A DNA stretch of 62,677 nt, filler included, from Rhabdomonas costata (GCA_019059605.1; 24 parts of 24 records of this genome joined end to end with filler, not necessarily neighbours in it), one strand, 5' to 3'; positions 1-12,478 are shown, numbered from the whole stretch's first letter. Notes: generated by a model not told the origin, from the letters alone. Translations and numbers: made by a program.

Positions 1-8
1 GGTTGGGG

Positions 9-902
9 GTGTCCACGGTAGTGCGAGACTTCGCGTCGAACTTCACCACGCACTTCGTGACGGACCGCACGCAGTGCAACCGGGGGTGTCCGAAGGTGGG
101 GATCCGTCCCGGAGATGTCCTGGACGTGTGCTACCAGTGCAATGTCGGTGTGCCCCCTGTTCGGCTCGGCCGGTAGGCGTTAGTGCATTTATGGACCGAC
201 CCTTTTTCAGCTGTGAACTAGTGCTTTAATGGGGGGGGAGGTGCTGTACGCACCCCCTGGAATCCAAGAGAAGAATTTGCATGGGGTTAGGCGGTGATGC
301 AAGCGTCCCCAATGACTAGCAAGAACCTTTTGCAAGTAGGAAGGAGGCGATGGACGTGCTCCATGGGACTCTTTCCAGGACTGACGAAGCTCGATTTGAG
401 AAAGTCCTATCATACGTAAAAGAATGGCTGAGAATTCGCTTTCTCTTGGCACCTTTGTCACCATTACCCCGGTTGCCAACCCTGATGCGAGGTCACCACT
501 TAGTAATTTTCTGTGGCATCCCCAACATAAAATTTACTGAAAATTACACAGCGTCATTTTTTTCTGCTAAAACCTACAACGTCGCTGAAACTACATGTGC
601 AGCTATCCAAGACAAATCTTGCGCTTAATGTGGTGCAGTCATGCAATATCTTGCATGCACCCACCCACCCCGTTGTTGTTCCGGACACCCTATCGCCGCC
701 AATGGTCGTCGTAAAGTAGCATGCACGTATCCCTTCAGAGGAAGTAGTGCAGCGCGGCACGACCTGCACCAACGTGGCCGACCAGTACGGCATCCTGGCC
801 GCGCAGATCCTGAACATCGACGACGGCAACAAGACGTGCTACCAGAGCCGGCAGCTCCCCCATGACCGCCTCCTGATCTGCATGAACCCTATACCGCTGT
901 AA
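9..902 (+). CDS. Cys-containing LysM-repeat protein, 3' part (exons about 9-147 and 739-902)
   Basis: A phase-1 GTGTGC..CAG intron (148-738) joins ...CPKVGIRPGDVLDVCYQCNV to EEVVQRGTTCTNVADQYGILAAQILNIDDGNKTCYQSRQLPHDRLLICMNPIPL*. This matches the eukaryotic LysM pattern V..G.TC..IA..YGI....L...C..L....IC. Confidence 0.7.
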
Positions 903-2518
903 AACCACTCCAGTCCACGCGTGCGATGTCTCTCTCAACAGCTGACGGAAGGATTGATTCACAGACACACTATCATACTCCCAGTCTCTTGCATTTCCAC
1001 CTGACGAATGAGTTCCGTTCCATTTGTGAGGGAAGGGAGGATAGTGAATAAATGGATTGTTTTCCGCCGCATCGACGGAGCTGTTTAGCTTCCTTTCCAG
1101 TTTGCCTCGATAATGTTTTCTCGCCACTGCACAATGCACACATACACACTATTCATACATTCATACATACTATTCAAGGGCTCCTTGTCGTATTTATTGA
1201 AGGTAACACAGTCAGCGGTGGGTTGGGTTGTCAGCGTTTTTCTGTTTGTTCTTCCCGTGCTCATACCATTTTACGTCATTGCCCTGTGCGTGCAGACGCG
1301 CATTGGATTGGTTCGTTTCGGACCCACCCCTCGGACACCTCTTGCCATCTTGCTTTGCCAACTGTAAATGGGTCGAGCCACTGAGGGGTGTGAGCATGCA
1401 AACAGTATTCTGCTTTCTGAGCATCCTGTTCGCATCGGTCCCCTTGCGTGGGGGACGCATCCCAGTGGTGACATTTCTTGCAACCTTATATCTCTTATAG
1501 CTTATGTGCTCAGTATGCATTTGTGGTTCTCGGGAGTGCCGCTGTGCGAAGTATAGTTCTATAGGGTTGGATTTAGAAGACTGGGGGAACTTTTCCCCTT
1601 CTGTGGCGCAAGTTTTTTAGTCTGTGTTTTTGTGAGGATGGATTCCTCGATGCAGGGCATTGCATCCATGCATGGATTTGGGCATGTGGCCTCATTGTCA
1701 CTTGCTTTTTTCTCCCCGAAGTTCAGCACTTAGTTGCCTTGTGTTTGTTTGCCTGATTTCGGTTGCGTCTTTTTTCTGAATTTGTGCAGGGAATCCTGAA
1801 ACCCACACATGTTTTTGGTATACCGTATCCGTTTCACAAGCAACATTTGAAACGATGATGGAGATTAAAAACCGCAACCCGCTACACTGCCCTCAGCTTC
1901 TGGACGCTGCTACATGCGGGTGTGAAATTAGAGCACACCTGTTAAAACCCATATGCTTTGCAATCGCCACCACGGGAACAAGGTAGAAAATAAAAGAGTC
2001 CATATCTAACTGCCCTCCATTGGTCGTGTGCCTTTGCATTCGCCCTGCTCTCTCCTTCGGTGTTCGGGGGCCGCCCTGCGGAAACGCTGCCGATTTTGAA
2101 GAGCCACGCGCGCCGTCGGGCATTGGAGGGGAATGCGTTAGGTTGTTCCGTTTCTTCCGCATGTTTTTTCCAGGTTGCTATCGGCCCCATTGGCCCAGCC
2201 CAAAAGCCCGTAGTATCTGGAGGTAATGCTATATCTCGAACCCTTCAATGCCATATGGGTGTGGGGATCCCAGCCTATGGGCGTGCAGATGTGCTGGCCC
2301 CGCCCATAGGCTGGGACCGTAATACCCAATACCTCTATATAGGAAAGAGCCGGATCATGAAGCTCAAGAAGCCTAAACTGAAACCGAACCCGCTGAAGCA
2401 GCCCAAGACCGCAGCAGCAGAAGACTTACCACCCCGAAGGTTTGGCTCCGACCCCATCCACAACGCATGGTGGCAAACAAAAAAGTTGCAACACACACCC
2501 ACCCAAACACACCAACAC

Positions 2519-2618
2519 NNNNNNNNNNNNNNNNNNNNNNNNNNNNNNNNNNNNNNNNNNNNTTAATTAATTAANNNNNNNNNNNNNNNNNNNNNNNNNN
2601 NNNNNNNNNNNNNNNNNN
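2519..2618. other. Artificial contig spacer (N44-TTAATTAATTAA-N44), first of 23 such spacers about every 2.6 kb
   Basis: The same 100-nt N-flanked linker, with stops in all six frames, recurs at 2519, 5136, 7753, 10370 ... 60064. ORFs running into it are artefacts. Confidence 0.99.
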
Positions 2619-3735
2619 GTGTTGTGGTGTATGGATGAATATCGTTGTACAGAGAAATAGAGAAGGATGTAGGAGCGGGATCTGTCCGCCTGGAAGAACG
2701 CCCTTTCCTTGCATGCACCGCCGGTGCGTAACGTCTCTGGCACTCTTTGTGCAGCGTTGGCTCTGGCGGAGTTGCGCGTCCGTCGACGCGAGTCGCTGGA
2801 CGTCGGCCCTTTTGCTTCGGCTTTGGTAGAGTGGGCGTGTTTTTGTACGTCACGGGGACGACCATTGCGTTCGCCCCCTCCTCAGAGAGATCGGCCTTGC
2901 TCCCTCCCGTTGATTACTTTTTGGTTGGTATGCGCGGACGGTTCGAATCAAATGGGCAGTTTCCGGACACCGTGAATTAGAGTAAAAGATGGGGAGTGTG
3001 ATTTTTCTTCGGGACTTGCGCATTGGAGTTGAGAGCCATGTAAGTGTGTTTTATGCTCGGTTTTTATCAGAGAATGGGAACCTGTTTTCCTAAAAAAAAA
3101 ATCTAAGGCAACGAATTCGCAGGAAAAAGTCCTTCCACAAAGTGCAGAGCACTAACGCTGATCTCGTAAGCAGTTGGGGCGTTCGTAAACACCCATGGCA
3201 GGGAGGGGGTCCAAGGAAGAAAATTAAAGAAGGACGATGAGCTTGAAATTCGGACATTAGGGAACCGAGACAGTCGCCAAATGCCAAATGACTGCTTCAA
3301 GTCGGCGGCGATTGCGTCGCGACGTTTCCTGCTTTTTTTTGCTATGTAGTTTGGAAACTGGCGCTTACCGGTTCACTCCAGCCCAGCCCTTTTAATTTCA
3401 ATTTTTGCAGTTCTGGACAAACGTTCAGTCACAGCCGTGGATAGAGCTGAAACATTTTGCCAGTCTGACATTATCAGTACTTACGAGAAAAGAAAAAAAC
3501 CTGAATCGGACCTCATTACACACTATTCAATCAAAGTGATTTAAGGAACCACAAACAACAAACTGGATTCGGCAATCAGTGGTTTATCTCTCGGTTACGT
3601 TTCCTCCTTTAAGCTCTTCACTGTTGACAGTATTGGTCTTGCACTTGCTGAGCTTGTGTTTTGTGCTGCTGTGTGGCATTGCCGAGGTAGGACTTCTGTT
3701 CTGCTGTTGTTGGCTTCTCCCCGGAACAAAGCCCT

Positions 3736-4411
3736 ATGAGTCAGGACGACGAGATATGCGCCTATTTACGAAAGAATGAGGTCTGAGCTTTCCGCCCACG
3801 CTCTCTCTCTATTTGCTGTTTGGTGTGGCTTTCTTGTGTGGTTTGTTTGAAACCGTCTGAAAAAAGTTGACCCACTTAGATCTTTATGTGGGGGCTGGTA
3901 TTTGGAAGTGACTGTAGTAACGGGCATTTTCGGTAAACCACTCTATTTGACAAGATCTTGAGCATCATGGGCCCTTTTCAGGGCTGGTTACAAACTGAAG
4001 AAGAATTTTTCAAAGAAGCCCGCGATCAACATCACTTTATTTCCCACCCATCCTCACGATTTCCCACACTCAAGGAAAGAGCTTTGCAATCGAATGAATT
4101 CCTTTGTTGTGTATCTGTGTTATACTGCAGAATCACTTTCTGATATATGTGATTATTTCGAGTACCACACCACATGTGCAAGTTCGCGCAAAGTCAACAA
4201 CACAAACGCCTGCGGCGAAACAAATTTTTACATGACATTCTCCATTATCGAAGCTCCCGCAACTTGTGTGCTTTGTCGGGGCTGTTGCCTGTTGTCCAGT
4301 GGCTTGCATCTATTTATGCGTGAATGCTCAGGTTCACAAGCTTTTTGAGGTGCTGACGGGGCAGCTGCTGTACACCAAGCCGGAATTTCCCTTGCAGTTC
4401 CTCATCGAGCG
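3736..4411 (+). CDS. N-terminus of an EFCAB10-like / RIIa-Dpy30-type dimerisation-docking domain protein (exons 3736-3780, 4332-4411)
   Basis: Spliced product MSQDDEICAYLRKNE/VHKLFEVLTGQLLYTKPEFPLQFLIER fits YL....LFE.L...LL...P..P..FLI. The GT-AG intron is phase-consistent. Confidence 0.7.
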
Positions 4412-5653
4412 GTGTGCTGTGGGACGATTGGCTTGTGGCAACCAGAATCACTCCTGTGTGTGCACACTTGGCCGAGCCCGTTCACAAAATGACTGCCAAG
4501 TTGTCCACGGAGACATTGACCCTACACCCCGCTCCCCACCCCGTAAAAAAAAAGAAGCCACAATCGCACAAGAATAAGAGCTACAATGCCGCAACTCAGC
4601 ATTGTCACCGTGCATGTGACTCCGGATTTGTGTTTGGGACGGTGCTTTATTTCTCACAGAACAAATATCCGGGTCGTTGGACAGCGGTGATTTTCATGAA
4701 CTCCCGGTTTGTTCGAATCTGGATGAAAATGAGCATTGTCCAATGATTTGTACATGGGTGGGTGTTCTGGTGGAACCAGACTGTGAGACGTTTCGTCACC
4801 CTAAGTCAGCCCTTAACCCAATTTCCTTAACCTCATCAGCATCCTGCCATTCCAACTCCCTGATTCTAACCGCCAGAACTCTCGGTGCCGATGACACCTC
4901 ACTTTGATTCTGGACTCCTTCCAGCGGGAAGCCCAACCTGAGCTCAACCCTGGGCCCCGTCGCTGTACCCCTTGACTCCTTTGTGATCTGCCTCCTGATC
5001 GGGGTCGAAGTTCTCGTAACCCCCTGCCTATCAAAGTTCCATGGGTTTCCGCCAGCTTCACTTAACCTCATCTAACATCTTCGTCGACCGAAATACAGCC
5101 GGACACCACCACACCCAAACACACACACACCCCACNNNNNNNNNNNNNNNNNNNNNNNNNNNNNNNNNNNNNNNNNNNNTTAATTAATTAANNNNNNNNN
5201 NNNNNNNNNNNNNNNNNNNNNNNNNNNNNNNNNNNTTGGGGGGGGTGGTAATGACGCACCCAATTTTGAAGGGTTTTATTAGGGAGGGGGAGCAGTGCAC
5301 AAACGAAAGAAGCCAAACGACAAAGCACGCAATTCCGTCATGAAAAAACAAAGGAAAATAAACTGCAGAAATTGTGTGAGAAGGGGCGGGCAGGCGGCCA
5401 GGTTTACAGCTTGGACGCCGCTCAGAAACTTTATTTGTTTGCCGACAATCTGTCTTGCCGCTTCTGCTTTTGCTGTAAATTGTTGCCTTTTCCTTTCGTA
5501 CAAACTGTGAACATTTGCTGAGACAATTCTTTATCGACCTGGCATGACTGATTTTGGGTTTGATTTGCAAGCATGACGCAAAAGCTTAATACTATGGTAC
5601 CAATTTGCAGTTATTTTTTATGATGGTCAGAATTCCGCACTCGCACTGTTCAG

Positions 5654-6676
5654 GTGGAGCAACTGGCGCAGAAATTGCAGCATAGTGCTCCTCCGGGCTC
5701 GGTTGCCGACAACGCGGCCCCGCATCCTTTGGACAAGGACAAGCCCCCATACGGCCTTCGCAGCGCAGAGTACAAGGGGTTTGTCACCGCAGTCACTCAC
5801 GAGCTGACTGCAACCCGAGGCATGTGCGCTGTGCTTGCCCTCCACCCCTTCTCTGGCTGTGATGCTCTAGAGCTTCAACCGAAGCTCGCGACCTCCAGTT
5901 TTCATCCCCTGACTGATTCAACCTTGGCTAACTCAACGCGGTCAACGCATCTAGTTTTCCTATCTTTGAGGATATGTCCTCTCCAAAAGGCTTCGCTGGA
6001 AAATGCGCTTCTCATTTTTGTTCATCACCATAAGAGAGATTGAGCTTGAGTGAGATGAGTGAGAACTGCGAGCCGATGAGGGGACCCTCTTTACCCCTTG
6101 ATTTAGAGAGCATCATGCTATGGATCCTGCTCTAGCTGTACCCGACCTCCCATGCTGCCACTCCTTTCAACATTCCGCATCCAAAGAGAGGAGAGAATAA
6201 ACAGCACCGGAATACCACACGGCTTGTTCACAGCCGAAGGGGGCAGGAGAGAATAATTGTCGCGAGAAATGGGGGCTGGGAGAATGTGAAGCCTTGCGAT
6301 TTGGTCCAGCTGCCTTTCCAATGACGAAATTTCGATATATTTTTTTCTTTTTTTTTTCGTTTCCTTGGGTAACACACCGGTTCGCGGAATGCGGAGGAAC
6401 ATACAAAGAAAAGGAAATCTCCCCCGCTGGTATTTGTTTTCTTTCCTCGCTTCACTCGCTTCACTCGCTTTTGCTGCTGTTCCGCCTTTTCTCGAGCACT
6501 GCCGAGCATTGCCGGCTTTGCCTGCAGGTTGGGTGAGAGCCCTCTGATAATGGTAGAAGTTTTGCTTGGTTGATCGCAGGTGTGTATGTACGTGTGAAAA
6601 AGGTTGACAACATCCTAGAAGCTGCCACAACGTCGAAAGAGTTTGAAGCCCGCCACAGGAGCACTTCCAAACGAAG
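5654..6676 (+). CDS. Hypothetical protein, two internal exons (5654-5819 and 6580-about 6676)
   Basis: CAG acceptors precede the open frames VEQLAQKLQH...GFVTAVTHELTATR and GVYVRVKKVDNILEAA. In-frame joining requires a GC donor at 5820. Confidence 0.4.
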
Positions 6677-6724
6677 TTTTGTCTTTCTGCAAGCAGTGTA
6701 TGGGTGTCTGAGTGTGTGTTATGA

Positions 6725-6748
6725 GTGTGTGTGTGTGTGTGTGTGTGT
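6725..6748. repeat. (GT)12 microsatellite abutting the retroelement remnant
   Basis: Direct reading of the sequence. Confidence 0.95.
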
Positions 6749-7752
6749 TAAGGCGATGCCTGTGCGCCCCTTTTCTTCTCTGTTGCCGCCCATGACATAG
6801 CGCTTGCAGCTGACATCCCGGGTCTCTCATGGTCACATTGGTATCTTGATGACGGAGTGCTGGCCGGCCCGGTAGAGGCGCTGGCTGCTGCTGTGGAGGT
6901 CTTCGAGCCGCTAGCGGCCGCGGCGGGTTTGCGGCTGAATCGCGCTAAATGTAAGCTGTGGGGGCCCACCGGAGACCTTGGTGAGCTTGGAGACATCACC
7001 CCTGCGGCTCTAGCTGGCATTCCTTGGGCTTCGTGGACTTGTCCTCGGAACCCCCATTGGGCGTACCCCGTTTGTCAAAACGATCTGGATCTGGCCGACG
7101 CTGCTTCGCGGCTATCCAACATGTTGGAGAGGCTCCAGTCACTCACATGCCCCCAATCCGCCTCACTCATCCTTTTGAATTGCCTGCAGAGTGGTTCACC
7201 TCCTGCGTACTGTCCCATTTGAGGAAGGGAGTTCGCGACCCAGGTGCGTGACGCCATCAAAGCAGCCTGGGGAGTCATCATGGGGGTCCCCTTCGCCGAA
7301 GTGCATTGGAAGTTGGCTTCGTTGCCCGTCAGGATGGGAGGCATCGGCGCGACGGACCCAATGCGCATTCAGATTCCTGCAGCCCTCGGGGCCTTAATGC
7401 AAGCTGCGCGTGGCCTCACGGGGACTTCTCTCCATCGCTTACTTCCTGACTTTGGCGAGTGCTTTTCCCAGATCGAGCATGAGCTGCCAGAGCTGGTTGC
7501 CCCACTCTAGCAGACCTGGAGTCAAGGTTCGCTTGGTGATGCTGTGTCTTGTGCGATGATTGAGGTCCGGGCCAGTCAGAAAGACTGGTCAGCTGCCCTG
7601 GACGACGTAGCCTCCAGCTGGCTGGATTCCAACATCTCGTGCCGCCTCTCCGCCCTAAAGCGGCTGTAGTCAGGAGCGCACTCAGTCGCTTGGCTTACAT
7701 CCCTGCCCTTGGAGCGGCAGGCTGTTGGCATTCCCCCCCTCGGAATGTGTGC
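6749..7752 (+). mobile_element. Decayed, 5'-truncated non-LTR retrotransposon reverse transcriptase (CRE/SLACS-like RLE type)
   Basis: Motifs occur in order: (*)GDACAPLFFSVA, WYLDDG (YLDD at 6842-6853), GLRLNRAKCKLW, HLLRTVP, LASLPVRMGGIG, SGAHSVAWLTSLP. The frame is broken by frameshifts and stops at 6749, 7508 and 7667. Confidence 0.85.
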
Positions 7753-9385
7753 NNNNNNNNNNNNNNNNNNNNNNNNNNNNNNNNNNNNNNNNNNNNTTAA
7801 TTAATTAANNNNNNNNNNNNNNNNNNNNNNNNNNNNNNNNNNNNNNNNNNNNGGTTTGTTGGTGTAGAAACACCTGTAAATGTCCTTTTTGTTGACTAAG
7901 GCTTGCGGGGTGCGCCGTCCCATTGGTACCCCGTTTGTGCAGGCATGCCCTGTTCCGATTTCCGTTAGTAGTATACCCGTGATTCAGGTGATTCACGCGT
8001 CATTTGGCGTGATATAGCGTGATTTTGGTGCACATTTCACTGCGGCACTCCCGGAATGGTTTTGTTTTGGATAATCGCTGGTGATGTTTTCAGGGAGGAT
8101 GAGTTTGGCAAGAAAGGTGGTGTGTGGACTTTCAAAGTCGACAAGACCACTGGGTGTGCCCTTGAACATGCTTGCCTTTTTATTCCGGAAAGCGCAGCCT
8201 AACCTTGTGACTGCAACACAAGCTTGTCTTCGATTTGCTGAGAGCCTTTGGAGGCCCATGTGGGAACTTTGGCAATTGCTCATAAAGCACAAACCGATCA
8301 AACCGAAGGCATTTCAAATTTGAACCATTTGAGAGCATGTCAGCCCATTTAATTCGAGTTTGCTGGACAAATGTGCCTTAGAACCTTGTGACGGCCCACA
8401 ATAAGACTGACGTGCTTATCCTTTTTGGATTCGAAACTTTTGCAGGACAGATGGAGCAGAGTGAGCTCGGTAGGGAAAGGTAGATTCATACAACATTCAA
8501 TTTGTACAAAGAATTGGAGCTGAAGAATTAAATTCTTGCCCTTCGAAGGGCCCCTTTTTGGTCTCCTGCTTCCTGCATCTGGTGCTGTAAAAATTAGCTG
8601 GAGAAAACTTAGGTGGGGAAAATATACAAAGAGTGAAAATGGTCTACGATCTCTTCGCTTCCTGATCTCGTTGCCCCGGACGGCAGCTGTAGGTGCACTC
8701 TTCAGGCGAAGTGCGAGATGCGTGTGGTTGAATTCCGCAGTCTGGTTTCTGTTGGTTCCTTTGTGTGCGCTGGTAAGCCGTGGCTTCCACGCGTCCTGCA
8801 CCCGTTGATTACATGCTGTTTGGGTCCCAGTGCTCTGCTTGTTGTCCCCTTTCCAGGGAGGACGTTTGGCTGTTGCTACTGCTTGCGCTGATTGGGGAGC
8901 AGTTTACGTGCGTGCTGCCACGCTCCGACGAGATTCTCGGAGTGACGGTGCCTTTTTCATTGACTCTCACCTCCCCACACTCAATCGATCTGACATTCCT
9001 GGTGGAACTATATCTATCTATCTATATCTCAACCATATTTACAGTTTGATAAGTTGCAGCTCACTTTTTTTGGGGTATTTTTGGTGGTGTTGGTCTCCAG
9101 TCATGGTGCTTAAACTCGATCGCTCAGGTGGCGTGGTTCCATGCTTGCAAACCTGAAGCCTTAGGAGAACTTTTTTCGTTATACCCTCCATCTGTCTCCA
9201 TCTTTTCCTTTTTAAAATGCAAGGAGCTGGAACCCGTTAACCGTCTTTTTGTTTTGGCGCTGCGCAGCCTAGTAATGTATTTTGCACGGTGCAAAAAGGT
9301 CGTGATTGCCAACGCTGTGGAGTGGCCAGCTTTTCCCTGTGGCGTGCGTTTTTCTGCAGACCTTCACTTCAATGAAAAAATTCAG

Positions 9386-9961
9386 GTGAAAGCAGGTCCG
9401 GCGACAGCCACGCAGCTGACGTTCCAGGTGTGGCATAAGGAGGAGGACAGCCGGGGGCTCGTCTATGACAAGCTGAAGAGCGTGCTGATGAAACTCACGG
9501 ATCTCAGCAACAGCTTCTACCGCTGTACGTCACACCCGCGCTCACAGTCACAATCGCTGAGGGCTCGCTTAGACATACTAAGCAGTACCGGCCGAAAGCT
9601 CAAGCTGCAAAAGAGCTTGACCATTCCAAGGTCCGACGGGGTCACCCATATATGGTCACCCCAGCCTTAATGCGTGGGAGTAAAGCCTCAAATTCAACGA
9701 AATACCTTCCCCTATTCATGAGGGAGCCCGGAAGCCCTGCACGCCTCCGAGGCCCCGGTGGTGAAGACCAGGTGGTTGGGGGACCTCAGCGGTACCTACA
9801 AACCGTTGCCTGTTTCCTGCCCTTGGCCGTGTCAAGGAAAAGCGCTTCCTGCAAAAAAATGTTTTGCAATCTTTTTCAGAAGAAACTCCGGCGCGGCGTC
9901 ACAGGCACAGGAGTTGTGCGGTTGGTGCAGTACTACACAAGAATTTACAAGAAGGAGCGCA
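9386..9961 (+). CDS. Probable C2-domain-like exons (9386-9524 and about 9880-9961)
   Basis: QLTFQVWHKEEDSRGLVYDKLKSVLMKLTDL...KKLRRGVTGTGVVRL loosely resembles the C2 pattern L.F.VWD.D...D.LG...I.L..L...G.V.L. Codons are GC3-rich. Exon joining is unresolved. Confidence 0.35.
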
Positions 9962-10642
9962 GTTCCTTTTTTCTTTTGAAAATGTACATTTCTGCAAAAT
10001 AGTATTTTCATTGCATTTTCCAAAAATAAGTAATTTTGGGTTGTGTAATTTTTTTCGCACTTTTTTGATTGGCATTATTGGCCGCTTTTTTGTACGCATT
10101 GCATTTTTCGGAACCGGTTTGTGGATTCCCACGGTCGTTACGGCCAGTGGCCACTGCTGAAAGAGACCGAAATACTTCTGATGCTTGCACCTTCTTAGTA
10201 CACTTTTTTGTGTCGCATTTTTCGCGATTTTGCACTTGTTTTCACACCCCCACATCCTTTTTCACAGCCACAACAGAGGAGTTGCGCCGCTCGCAGCAGT
10301 CACGGGGTGAAAGCCGAGAGTAGGGCCCCCACCTTCCGAGCTTGCCGTTCCCCCCCCCCCAAACAAAAANNNNNNNNNNNNNNNNNNNNNNNNNNNNNNN
10401 NNNNNNNNNNNNNTTAATTAATTAANNNNNNNNNNNNNNNNNNNNNNNNNNNNNNNNNNNNNNNNNNNNGTTTGTTATTTTACTGCAAATACGAAGCCGC
10501 GATATGTATAACAACGAAACCTCCAGAAACAGCGACAGGGAGACAGAAAAACGGAACGCGGAAGGACTGATTCTGCACAAAGACTGCCAACCCCATTAAA
10601 GTGGATTCTATAACTATCAGTAGCACCGTTGAAATTACACCT

Positions 10643-12478
10643 TTCCAAGTCTTGCCTCCGCTGAAGCACTTCCCACTCACGCTGCCGAGCTTTTGCGAGC
10701 TTGGAGGTCCTCTCCTGATCCACCAAAGCAATACTCCAAATGCAGCACTAAAACCTCAGACAAGAAAAGAACTCAAAAGATTAAACAACATGAATGCTAA
10801 TAGGCGAAACGCAACAACCTGCTCTCTTTGCGAGGAACCAGCGCTCACTGCTTCAATGTTTCGACAAACTATGTCACAAGAGGGGATCGCGCGACGAACT
10901 TTGGGTCGAACACTCACCTGAAAGTGGGGAGGGGCAAACGGTGCACATGACTTTCGTCATCGCTTAACTGTAACATACACAGAGCAGAAACGCTAGCAGG
11001 TTGCAATGAACGTGCTTCATCTGAGAAAGAGATTTGTCAGGCTCCCAAAAAACTCACCGAAACCATACCCACGATGCAGAAGCCCGCGACGGGCTGGCGG
11101 TCTAACAACAAGGTCTCAACAATAAGCCAAAACGAGAAACAAAAACACGAATCTCGACCTCTGGAGGTGCAGCGGTATTGTTGCCGTCTTCAACGGCCTG
11201 CGGAAGGTCCTCGAGAACTACTGTATCAGCCGCAATCGCATCTTTCCCGCTAAACAAAATGTGAAAATGTGAAAAAATGTGAATGTTAAGAATTGAACGG
11301 CACGGGGGCCGGGTGGGAGGGGGGACATACACAGTATCGGTGCAAAGAAACGTCACTTTCGGATGAGAGATAAACGAACAAATATGGAGGGGTGGTAGAG
11401 TGGCGGGCAATTACATCTGTGCTAGGCTGGAAGCGCGCGGGTTTTCGTGCGAAGCTCGGCTTCGAAACGAAGCGGAGGGGTTCTGCTGTCCTGCAAGATC
11501 TGGACGAGAACCTTCCTGTCATCAGAAAGGTTCGCACATGGACAAAGTCTACAAGCAAACAAATATTGTGTGACTTAGCAGGCATACATATATACAATGT
11601 CGACTGAGTCTTTCTGATTCCAAACAAGTGCGAAACTGCTTGCGATTATTCTTGCAAAAAGCCAAACTGGCGAGACGGCTGAGGTGAACGGACTCAAAGA
11701 AGTTTTTGAAGCAATCATATGTTCAACAAAGCAGCAAAACCTTCGCATGTATAAGCGGGACTCGTATATAGAGCCGTGTAGGTCGTGGAAGGAGAAAGAA
11801 AACATGTTTTAAAGTCCGCAATCGCATTCTTTGATGGTCAACAAAAATCACCTGAAGAAGAACAGAGAGGAGCTTGTTAATGTGAGCCAGGTCTCGGTCG
11901 AACTGCTCCGGGGAGACCCTGCATTCGGGGCTGATCTGCGGCGGAAGCGGAAGAGCTCGTGATAAATATGCAAGCGGGGGGTGTGGGAGGGTGCGTAACA
12001 TTCCAAAAAGAATAATCAAATCAAATCATACCACTGCCCGTGGAACTCTGCTGCTGCGTGAAGAGTCTCGCTGCTTCGCCCTGCACATGTACACCGCCGA
12101 TTAAAACCGGTTAATAAAAATACCGCCGAAACGCTAGGCGAACAGCACAAACGCCTCTAGAGGAATGGGGGCAACGTCCAGGGTAATAGGCCAAATTATG
12201 GGTAATGTATCGCATTGGGCAGAATTCCAAACCCTTGGACTGGTAGCGACCCATAAACCGACCGAAAACAAACCCGCTGTTCCACTGCAGGTCCATGGGA
12301 TGCCGTGGCGCATACCTATACGCACGTGAATCGCCCGCAAGCACACATATACGCGTGGGAAGCGGGAATATCATCCTGGGCAATGCCCAGGCACCACTCC
12401 ACCTCCGCGTTGATTCGGGCTGTGCTTTCACTCACCGAGGCGGCCGGAGCGGAAACAGCTGCAGACTCTTCAGCAACC
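10643..12478 (-). CDS. Multi-exon hypothetical protein (several short candidate exons)
   Basis: AG/GT-bounded open blocks such as VAEESAAVSAPAASVSESTARINAEVEWCLGIAQDDIPASH, ISPECRVSPEQFDRDLAHINKLL and GKDAIAADTVVLEDLPQAVEDGNNTAAPPE. No family was recognised. Confidence 0.35.

Noticed and set aside
378-408. CTGACGA...GAAA hammerhead-like core
   Set aside because: Stem II does not close correctly, and the flanks pair with each other rather than forming stems I and III.
2563-2574. TTAATTAATTAA recurring every 2.6 kb as a possible repeat array or CRISPR-like feature
   Set aside because: It is always centred in N runs and is an artificial concatenation linker.
2938-2952. GGTTCGAATC tRNA T-loop-like motif
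   Set aside because: No T-stem, acceptor stem or cloverleaf surrounds it.
6749-7669. Alternative genetic code (TAA/TAG = Gln) in the host
   Set aside because: Host genes terminate at TAA (902), TAG (24563, 58439) and TGA (40552, 55766), and conserved exons contain no in-frame TAR.
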